From the NCBI GenBank assembly GCA_964291625.2, contig OZ220089.1, forward strand, positions 160,001 to 224,000: a DNA stretch of 64,000 bases. Direction: 5' to 3'. Below are positions 56,705-64,000 of this stretch, piece by piece (within the stretch, counting starts at the first letter, position 1; each line of letters starts with the position of its first letter). The translations under genes and the position numbers were made by a program. The notes beneath the pieces were generated by a model, which ran no database searches, was not told the DNA's origin, and saw only the letters and a list, made by a program, of their open reading frames with translations. Source of the DNA: Candidatus Latescibacterota bacterium (GTDB taxonomy: Bacteria; Latescibacterota; UBA2968; UBA8231).

Positions 56705-59491
56705 TCAAACCCCCGGGAACTCGGGAAAGGCCCTCTGCAGGACCTGTCCGGTGTGCGAGTGCGGACAGGCGGCGACCTCCGTCGGGGTGCCCGTCACCAC
56801 CACCCGGCCGCCGTCGCCTCCGGCCCCCGGACCGAGATCGACGACGTGGTCCGAGGCGGCGATGACGTACGGGTCGTGCTCGACGACGAGGACCGTGTCG
56901 CCGCGGTCGACCAGGCGCTGGAGCAGCTCCACGAGAAGGGCCGTGTCGCAGCGGTGCAGCCCCGAGGTCGGCTCGTCCAGCAGGTAGAGGGTGCGCTCCA
57001 CCGCCGGCCGGCCGAGCTCGGCGGAGAGCTTCACCCGCTGCGCTTCGCCGCCGCTGAGCCGGCCCGCCGCCTGACCGAGGCGGAGGTACCCCAGGCCGAG
57101 GTCGGCCAGCAGATCCAGGCGCCGGGCGGCCTCGGGCACGTTGGCGAACCGGAGCCGCGCCTCGGCGACGCTCGACTCCAGCACCTCGGCGATGGACAGC
57201 CCGCCGAAGCGCACCTCCAGCACCTCCCGCCGGTAGCGGGTGCCCGCGCACCGGCCGCAGGGGAGGGGCAGGTCCTCGAGATCCACCGCCGCCTCCGGCT
57301 CGCGGCCGGTGCCGGCGCAACGGCTGCAGGCGCCGCCGCTGTTGAAGCTGAAGTCACCCGGACGGTAGCCGCGCAGCCGCGCCTCCGGCGACTGGGCGAA
57401 GAGCTCCCGCAGAACGGCCATGAGGCCGGTGCAGGTGGCCGCGTTGGAGCGCCCCGTGCGGCCGATGGGAGACTGGTCGACGGCGACCACCCGTTGCAGG
57501 GCCTCGGACCCACGCAGCCCGTCGAAGGGCAGAGGCCGGCGTCCAGCCCCCTGCAGGCGGGCGGCCAGGGCCGGGTGCAGGGTGTGATGGACGAGGCTGC
57601 TCTTGCCCGAGCCCGAGACGCCGGTGACCCCCACCAGGCAGCCGAGGGGAAGGCGGAGATCAGCACCCTGCAGGTTGTGGCCCCGGGCGCCGAGGAGCTC
57701 GAGCCAGCCGCCGGCGGCGGCGGAGCGTCCGCGGCGGGCGGGCAGGTCTCCGGCAAGGGCCCGTCCGGTGGGGGTGCCGGCCGCCCGTACCTCCCGGGGC
57801 GGACCCTGGTAGAGGAGGCGCCCGCCTTCGTCGCCGGCTCCAGGTCCGAGCTCCACGAGCAGGTCCGCGTCTGCGATCAGGTCGAGGTCGTGCTCGACGA
57901 CGAGGACGGAGTTGCCCCCGTCCCGCAGTCGTTCGAGGGCGGCCGACAGGCGCCGGGTGTCGCGTCCGTGGAGGCCGGCGCCGGGCTCGTCGAGAACGTA
58001 GAGGACCTGGGAGAGGCCCGACCCGAGAGCGGCCACGAGCTGCAGCCGCTGCAGCTCCCCCGCCGACAGGGTCGGCGCCCTCCGGTCCAGGGTGAGGTAC
58101 CCGAGCCCGAGGTCGATCATCACCTCCACGCCGCGGCGGACGACGTCCAGGATGTGGTCGGCCAGGGCCTGCTGTCCGGGAGGGACGGCGACCCCGTCGA
58201 GCCACTCGGCGGCCTCGAAGAGGGTGCGCCCCTGCAGATCGCCGAGGCTCGCGCCGTCGATGCGGACGGCGCGGGACGGAGCCGACAGACGGGTGCCCCC
58301 GCACCCGGGGCACGGAGAGCCGGCCCCGTCCCCCTGAAGCTCCTCCAGCCAGGCCCGCTCGGCGGCGTCGTCGACGACCGCGGCTCTGGCGTCGAGCCAG
58401 CGGCGCAGACCGGTGAACGGGTTCCCGCGGGCCCTGGGGCCCTCGCCCTCCCACAGGGCTTGCACGGCCCCTTCCGGCCACTCCGACAGAGGCTCCGACG
58501 GGTCGACCCCGGCGCGCCGGCAGAACGCCTCCACCTCGCGCCGCAGCCGGCGATGCCCGAAACGCTCCCACAGTACCGCCAGCGACGCCGCCGGTGGCTC
58601 GCCGGCCGACAGCAGACGCTCGAAGGAGCTGCCCGCCGACAGCCCGGAGCCGCGGCAGTCCGGGCAGGCGCCGTCCGGGCTGTTGAAACTGAACAGGGCG
58701 GCGGAGATCTCCGGAAAGGAGGCGCCGCAGGCGGCGCAGGCCGGCCGCACGCTGTAGCGCTCCTCGGCGCCGGTGGCGGGATCGAGGAGACCGAGGCGCC
58801 CCTGGCCGATCTGTACCGCCGCCTGCAGGGAGCCGCGCAGCCGGCGCCGCACCCCGTCCCTGACGGCGATGCGGTCGACGACGACCTCCGGGGACCGGCC
58901 GACGAGGCGGGAGGCCTCCACCTCTTCCAGGACCAGGGTCTCGGTTCCGCAGCGGATCCGCCGGTAGCCGCCGCGCTCGACCTCCGCGATCAGCTCCCGG
59001 GCGCCGGCCTCCGTGGCCGGCGGCTCCAGGGGAGCCGTCACCACCAGTCGGCTGCCCTCGGGCCGCCCCGAGGCGCGCTCGAGGATCTCGTCGAAGGGGT
59101 GGGCGGCCACCGGCTCCCCGCAGTCCAGGCAGTGGGCCCGGCCCACCCGGGCCCACAGCAGCCGCAGGTAGTCGGACAGTCCCGTGATCGTCGCCGTCGT
59201 CGAGCGCGACGACGGGCGGCTGCGCGCCTGGGCGATGGCCAGGGCCGGTCGCAGCCCGTCGATGCGCTGCACCCGCGGCGGCTGCAGGCGCCGGGCGAAG
59301 GCGGCGGCGGGCCCCTCCGCGGTCAGCAGGAACCGCCGCCGGGCCTCGGCGTAGAGGGTGTCGAAGGCGAGGCTCGACTTGCCCGATCCGGAGACTCCGG
59401 TGAGGGCGATGAGCCGGCCGTGGGGAAGGTCCAGGTCCAGGGACCGCAGGTTGTGCTCGCGGGCGCCGCGGATCTCCAGGTGGTCCTTCAC
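56705..59491 (-). CDS. uvrA: Excinuclease ABC subunit A-like protein (divergent)
   Basis: GTG at 59491. GAREHNL, two GVSGSGKSS, LSAGELQR and LSGGEAQR, FSFNS..GAC zinc fingers, VEHD. Confidence 0.85.
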   Translation of the reverse strand: MKDHLEIRGAREHNLRSLDLDLPHGRLIALTGVSGSGKSSLAFDTLYAEARRRFLLTAEGPAAAFARRLQPPRVQRIDGLRPALAIAQARSRPSSRSTTATITGLSDYLRLLWARVGRAHCLDCGEPVAAHPFDEILERASGRPEGSRLVVTAPLEPPATEAGARELIAEVERGGYRRIRCGTETLVLEEVEASRLVGRSPEVVVDRIAVRDGVRRRLRGSLQAAVQIGQGRLGLLDPATGAEERYSVRPACAACGASFPEISAALFSFNSPDGACPDCRGSGLSAGSSFERLLSAGEPPAASLAVLWERFGHRRLRREVEAFCRRAGVDPSEPLSEWPEGAVQALWEGEGPRARGNPFTGLRRWLDARAAVVDDAAERAWLEELQGDGAGSPCPGCGGTRLSAPSRAVRIDGASLGDLQGRTLFEAAEWLDGVAVPPGQQALADHILDVVRRGVEVMIDLGLGYLTLDRRAPTLSAGELQRLQLVAALGSGLSQVLYVLDEPGAGLHGRDTRRLSAALERLRDGGNSVLVVEHDLDLIADADLLVELGPGAGDEGGRLLYQGPPREVRAAGTPTGRALAGDLPARRGRSAAAGGWLELLGARGHNLQGADLRLPLGCLVGVTGVSGSGKSSLVHHTLHPALAARLQGAGRRPLPFDGLRGSEALQRVVAVDQSPIGRTGRSNAATCTGLMAVLRELFAQSPEARLRGYRPGDFSFNSGGACSRCAGTGREPEAAVDLEDLPLPCGRCAGTRYRREVLEVRFGGLSIAEVLESSVAEARLRFANVPEAARRLDLLADLGLGYLRLGQAAGRLSGGEAQRVKLSAELGRPAVERTLYLLDEPTSGLHRCDTALLVELLQRLVDRGDTVLVVEHDPYVIAASDHVVDLGPGAGGDGGRVVVTGTPTEVAACPHSHTGQVLQRAFPEFPGV

Positions 59492-60210
59492 CGGGACGCG
59501 TCCCGCGGCCGCTCCCGGGCCAGCTCCCGCGAAGCGCGTTCGTGGTCCTCCAGCGAGTCGATCTCGAACCACGGGAGATCGCCGGTCTCCACGGCGCGCA
59601 GGCTTCCCGACCGGATCAGGGGTCCGTACGCGGCGGTGGGGTAGACCGCTCCCTCGCCTCCTCCCACCAGCCGTCCGACCTCGCTCCGAACCATCGCCGA
59701 CCCGGCCTCGTCGAACCGGACCAGCTGCACGCTCACCGCGTGGGCGGCGGCCGGGTCCAGGTGCTTGCCGATCTCCGTCACCCGGCCCGAGCCGTCGATC
59801 CGCAGGTTCATCTCCCCTTCCTCCCTGGCCGCACGGGAGTCGACGGCGATGGCGCTGCCCGGTCCCTCCCCCAGGCGCTCGAGGACGGTCCGGTCGAAGA
59901 GGATATCGCAGTTGAACAGGAAGGCGTCGCCCTCCAGGCAGGCGAGGGCGTGGTGGAGGGACTCGATGCTGTTCGTCGTCCGCCAGGCCTCGTTGACCAG
60001 GCAACGGGCCCGGCTCCCGAGATGGCGGCGGACCTGCCCGGCCTCGTAGCCGGTGACGACGACGACTTCGCGCACCCCCACGCCCGCCAGCGCCTCGAGC
60101 TGGCGGTCGATGAGGGCCCGGCCGGCCACCGGCACCAGGCACTTCGGCCGGCCCTCGGTGAGCGGGCGGAGCCGGGTGCCGGCCCCGGCGGCGAGGATGA
60201 TGGCGCGCAG
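59488..60210 (-). CDS. LicC-like phosphocholine/phosphonate cytidylyltransferase family NTP transferase
   Basis: AIILAAGAGTRL...PKCL, VVTGY, NCD, WFEIDSLED. The likely start is CTG 60210 after GGAG. Confidence 0.8.
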   Translation of the reverse strand: MRAIILAAGAGTRLRPLTEGRPKCLVPVAGRALIDRQLEALAGVGVREVVVVTGYEAGQVRRHLGSRARCLVNEAWRTTNSIESLHHALACLEGDAFLFNCDILFDRTVLERLGEGPGSAIAVDSRAAREEGEMNLRIDGSGRVTEIGKHLDPAAAHAVSVQLVRFDEAGSAMVRSEVGRLVGGGEGAVYPTAAYGPLIRSGSLRAVETGDLPWFEIDSLEDHERASRELARERPRDASR

Positions 60211-60456
60211 GGGGAATCTCCGTGCCGGAGGATGGGGGCCGGGATACGGCCCGCGGGCTGAAACCTCAATATACGGTGGTCTCGGCGAGGGCCGGGCAGG
60301 AGCCCGCCCGAAGACTCCATGTCGTTGGCCCGGAGGCAGGTCTATGGCTACATTCGATCGCGGTCCCTGCCTGCGGTCCCGCAGCCTCCGGAGGCGCCTC
60401 CGTTTGTCCATGCCCGGACGCCCCGTCGTCTCCGTTCGCCCAGCACGCCGAAACCC

Positions 60457-61221
60457 TTGAACGCACTGATCCTGGCCGCCGGCCGCGGCCGCCGCCTTCT
60501 GCCGTACACCTCGGAGCGGCCCAAGTGCCTCCTGCAGGTGGGGCCGTGCACGATCCTCGAGCACCAGCTCCAGCGCCTCTCGGCGGCGGGGGTGGAACGG
60601 GTGACCATCGTCGCCGGCTTCGGAGCCGAGGCGGTGCGCCGCCGGGCCCAGGCCTGCGGCTCCCCCCACGTGCGGGTGGTCTACAACCCCTTCTTCGCCA
60701 TCTCCGACAACCTGGTCAGCCTGTGGTCGGCGCGCTCCGAGATCGGCGAGGACACGCTGCTGCTCAACGGCGACAACGTCTTCCATCCCGCCGTCCTGAA
60801 GCCCCTGCTCGACGCCGACCCCGGGCCCTGCACCCTCCTCGTGCACCGGAAGTCCGCCTACGACGAGGACGACATGAAGGTGGCGCTCCGCGGCGGCCGC
60901 CTGGCCGGGATCGGAAAGGGCCTCCTGGCGGCGCAGGCGCAGGCCGAGTCGATCGGCATCATGCGCATTGCCGGCGACGGCGGCCGGCTGCTGCGCCGGG
61001 TCCTCGAGGAGGCGGTGGAGGACGCTGACGCCCTGCACGGCTTCTACCTCGACGGCGTGCGGCGCATGGCAGAGGCCGGATGCCGCGTCCGCTGTGTCGA
61101 CATCGGCAGCCTGCCATGGTCGGACGTCGACACCGCCGATGACCTGCTCGAGGTGCGCCTCCACCTCGAGGCGTACGAGGCCGGCGCCCCGGAGGCCGCG
61201 GCGCTGCGGGAGCCGGCATGA
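60457..61221 (+). CDS. LicC-like NTP transferase (second paralog, divergent orientation)
   Basis: ALILAAGRGRRL...PKCL, YNPFF..SDNLVSLW, LLNGD, YDEDDMKV, ESIG, WSDVDTADDL. The start (TTG 60457) is uncertain. Confidence 0.8.
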   Translation: MNALILAAGRGRRLLPYTSERPKCLLQVGPCTILEHQLQRLSAAGVERVTIVAGFGAEAVRRRAQACGSPHVRVVYNPFFAISDNLVSLWSARSEIGEDTLLLNGDNVFHPAVLKPLLDADPGPCTLLVHRKSAYDEDDMKVALRGGRLAGIGKGLLAAQAQAESIGIMRIAGDGGRLLRRVLEEAVEDADALHGFYLDGVRRMAEAGCRVRCVDIGSLPWSDVDTADDLLEVRLHLEAYEAGAPEAAALREPA

Positions 61222-62585
61222 CCGCAGGACTGCTGCTGTTCGAGGACAGCCCCCGCGGCTCCTGGACCGCGGGGTGCCGCTTCGGCGGGCTGACAACCCT
61301 CGAGCGCGGTATCCTGACCATGGCCCGGGCCGGTGTGGACCGCCTCCTCGTGGCCGTGCCCCCGGGGCTCTCCGCTGCCGGCCGGCGGGTCCGCCGGCTC
61401 GATATCGACCTGGAGATCGCCGGCTGGGGGGATTCCCCGCGCACCACCTTCGGCCCCTCGGAAGAGGTGCTGATCCTGCTGGGGGACCACGTCCACCACC
61501 ACTCCTCCCTCACGGCCCTGGTCGAGTCCGGCGCCTCGGGCGACGGGCTGGTGGTGCAGGTCTCGCCCGCCCCCGGCCAGGAGGGGCTCTCCTTCCTCCC
61601 CCCTGGCGTCGCCACCGGCGGCGGCGACCCCGGGATGGTCGGCACGGGAGCGCTGCTCTGCGACGGCTCCCTGCAGCCGCATCAGCTCGTCGGCCGCGGC
61701 GGGTCCGCCCTCGAGTTCCTCCGGGGCCGGGCCGCCGGCCGCGGGGTGCGCACCACCGAGGGCGACCCGTCCCTGTGGCGCCGCGTCGAGGACCGCCGCG
61801 GCGCCCGGCAGGCCAAGGCCATGCTCTTCGGGCAGGTGACCAAGAAGACCAGCGGCCCGGTCTCTCGCCACCTCAACGCCCGGCTGTCGATCCCCATCAG
61901 CAAGGTGCTGGTCGAGACCGGCCTGTCGCCGCACCTGGTGACGGTCCTCCTGGTGCTGACCACCGGTCTCGCCGCCGCCTGGCTGATCTCGGATCCGGAG
62001 CCCTACTGGCGGCTGGCCCTGGCCGGGTTCCTGTGGCAGATGGCGGCCGTCCTCGACCGCTGCGACGGGGAGATCGCCCGGGTCAAGCTGTGCGAGTCCA
62101 GATTCGGCGCCTGGTTCGACACGGTGACCGACAACCTGGCCTACGTCGCCGCCTACGCCGCCTTCCTCAAGGCCGCCCACGGGCTGCACCCCGGGCAGCC
62201 CCTCTACCTCTACGCCGGCCTGTCGGCGGTGGCCGCCATGTTCCTCAGCCTCGGGATCATGTACCACTACGCCCTGCGCACCGGGTCGGGATCGCTGCAG
62301 AACTACATCGTCGGCTTCGCGCGCCACGTGCCGCGGGAGGAGAAGGGCGCCCTCTACCGCGCCCTCGAGCGCTACGCCTTCCTGGCGAAGCGCGACTCCT
62401 TCGCCTTCGTGCACTTCGTCTTCGCCCTCCTCGGCGCCTTCGATCTGATCTACCTGTTCACGGTGGGAGGTCTGCACCTGTTCGCCATCGGCGTGCTGCT
62501 GTCGCAGGGCAAGATGCTCGCCGCCCACCGGCGCCGCTCCGAGGCGGCGGCGGAAGGCCCGCCGCCCGAGGTCGGCGGTCGGTGA
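61218..62585 (+). CDS. CDP-alcohol phosphotransferase with degenerate nucleotidyltransferase-like N-terminal domain
   Basis: LDRCDGEIARVK...SRFGAWFDTVTD matches the CDP-alcohol phosphotransferase signature. N-terminal FGGLTTLER. Confidence 0.85.
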   Translation: MTAGLLLFEDSPRGSWTAGCRFGGLTTLERGILTMARAGVDRLLVAVPPGLSAAGRRVRRLDIDLEIAGWGDSPRTTFGPSEEVLILLGDHVHHHSSLTALVESGASGDGLVVQVSPAPGQEGLSFLPPGVATGGGDPGMVGTGALLCDGSLQPHQLVGRGGSALEFLRGRAAGRGVRTTEGDPSLWRRVEDRRGARQAKAMLFGQVTKKTSGPVSRHLNARLSIPISKVLVETGLSPHLVTVLLVLTTGLAAAWLISDPEPYWRLALAGFLWQMAAVLDRCDGEIARVKLCESRFGAWFDTVTDNLAYVAAYAAFLKAAHGLHPGQPLYLYAGLSAVAAMFLSLGIMYHYALRTGSGSLQNYIVGFARHVPREEKGALYRALERYAFLAKRDSFAFVHFVFALLGAFDLIYLFTVGGLHLFAIGVLLSQGKMLAAHRRRSEAAAEGPPPEVGGR

Positions 62586-63643
62586 AAATCATCCGCTTCC
62601 TCCTGCCGGGCCTGGGGGTGGTTCTCCTCGGTGGACTGGTCGGCGCCCTCGGCGTGGACGAGATCCTCCACAACCTGGCCGTCATGCGCTGGGCCTTCCT
62701 CTACGTGGTCCTCCTGGCCCTCGCGTGGCACCTGACCAACTCGCTGGCCTGGAGCTGCGCCTTTCCCGCCGACGGCTTTCGCCCGCGCCTGTCCCTCCTG
62801 TTCATGTGCAAGCTCGCCGGCGAGGCCGTCAACCAGCTGACACCCCTGGCCAACCTCGGGGGCGAGCCCCTCAAGGCCTTCCTGCTCCGCCGCCAGTCGC
62901 CGGTCTCGCGCGGACTGGCCTCGGTGGTCGTCAACAAGGCGGCCCAGGTCTTCACCGGGCTGCTGTTCACGGCCGCCGGACTGGGACTGGTGACCTACTC
63001 CTGGGAGGTGCCGCTGGCGGTGCCCATGCCGGTGCGCGGCGGTCTCGCCCTGCTGCTCCTGGCTGCCGTCCTCCTGACCTGGGTGGCGTACCGCAGCCAC
63101 AGGCGCATGTTCTCGGCGCTCCTCGGCTGCGCCCGCCGCTGCGGCCTCGGCTTGGAGAGGATCCAACGCCTGCGGGCCCGGGCCGCGGACATCGACTGCC
63201 ACATCTCCCGCTTCTTCCGGCAGCACAAGGGCCGCTTCGGCCTGGTGCTGCTGTTCCACGCCTGCGGCTGGCTCCTGGGCGCCTGCGAGACCTTCGTGAT
63301 CCTGCGGGCCCTCGGCGCCGGCATCGACTTCGAGATCGCCTTCCTCATCGCCTCGCTGACGGTGGTGATCAACGGCCTGTTCTTCTTCATGCCCTCCAAC
63401 ATCGGCGTCCTCGAAGGGGGTCAGGTCTTCCTCTTCCTCACCCTCGGACTCGACCCGGCCGCGGGCCTGTCTCTCGGCATCGTCAAGCGCATGCGCAAGC
63501 TCATGTGGATCTCCGTGGGCTGGTTGTTCCTCACCCACCTGAGCCGGTCCATGGGGCGCGCCTCTGTCCCCGGGGCCGCGGTGGCCGCCGCCGCGGCCGC
63601 TCCCGGCCCCGAGCGGACCCTGCGCCAGGGCGCGATCTCTTGA
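62582..63643 (+). CDS. Lysylphosphatidylglycerol-synthase TM / flippase-like membrane protein
   Basis: GTG at 62582. GEAVNQLTP..LGGEPLKA, FFMPSNIGVLEGG, multiple TM helices. Confidence 0.8.
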   Translation: MKIIRFLLPGLGVVLLGGLVGALGVDEILHNLAVMRWAFLYVVLLALAWHLTNSLAWSCAFPADGFRPRLSLLFMCKLAGEAVNQLTPLANLGGEPLKAFLLRRQSPVSRGLASVVVNKAAQVFTGLLFTAAGLGLVTYSWEVPLAVPMPVRGGLALLLLAAVLLTWVAYRSHRRMFSALLGCARRCGLGLERIQRLRARAADIDCHISRFFRQHKGRFGLVLLFHACGWLLGACETFVILRALGAGIDFEIAFLIASLTVVINGLFFFMPSNIGVLEGGQVFLFLTLGLDPAAGLSLGIVKRMRKLMWISVGWLFLTHLSRSMGRASVPGAAVAAAAAAPGPERTLRQGAIS

Positions 63644-63645
63644 GC

Positions 63646-64000
63646 ATGTCCGCGCTCCTGTGCCTGGCCGCCCTGGGCGCCCTCCTCCACGCACGGCCGG
63701 ACGCCGCCGGGGCCGCTGCCCCGGAAGGGCCCCCCGTGTACCACCTCGACCGGCTCGTGGCCATGGCCCGCGAGGGCAGCCCGGAGGTGGCGGCGGCGCG
63801 CTGGAACCTGGGGGACGCCCGCGCGCAGCTGCGCCAGGCCCGCGCCGCCCGCTTTCTGCCGCGGCTCCGCCTCGAGGGCTTCGGCGGCCTCGTCCCGGAC
63901 GCGCGGGGCGATGTCTTCCATCCGCCGCGGGACACCTCCGGCGTGCGCCCCCTGGGTCCCTTTGTGCGCACCGAGCTCGAGTTCACCCAGCCCCTCTACA
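63646..64000 (+). CDS. TolC-family outer-membrane protein (runs off the right edge)
   Basis: Manual translation: signal peptide, LDRLVAMAREGSPEVAAAR...AQLRQARAARFLPRL...FTQPLY. Confidence 0.7.
   Translation, partial: MSALLCLAALGALLHARPDAAGAAAPEGPPVYHLDRLVAMAREGSPEVAAARWNLGDARAQLRQARAARFLPRLRLEGFGGLVPDARGDVFHPPRDTSGVRPLGPFVRTELEFTQPLY

Overview
High-GC (roughly 70% by eye) bacterial chromosome window with no rRNA, tRNA, CRISPR array or IS element that I could recognise. The gene families suggest an FCB-related candidate-phylum diderm such as Latescibacterota/Handelsmanbacteria; this is inference only. The first 17.6 kb is the most unusual part. It holds a tightly coupled six-gene cell-envelope operon (1070-15334): three secreted paralogs ending in a TPNGDGxND/FlgD-Ig domain, two ~950-aa paralogous putative outer-membrane proteins with Asp-rich Ca-binding-like motifs, and a parvulin-type lipoprotein chaperone. 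After it comes a tandemly duplicated transcription unit encoding CBM9/DOMON-like secreted proteins with a C-terminal TAVESNSWGxVKAS tail. The rest contains catabolic genes, a GT-C/TPR glycosyltransferase, prpD, and a long minus-strand housekeeping run (ndk-yceD-rpmF-fabH-fabD-fabG-acpP-fabF-rnc-lipoate ligase-oppD/F-ppiD-garR-nadK). It also has HD-rlmI-uvrC-xerD-like, metG, a divergent uvrA and a candidate polar-lipid head-group cluster at the right edge. Five single-base frameshifts look like assembly errors. All calls come from reading motifs by eye, with no database search.
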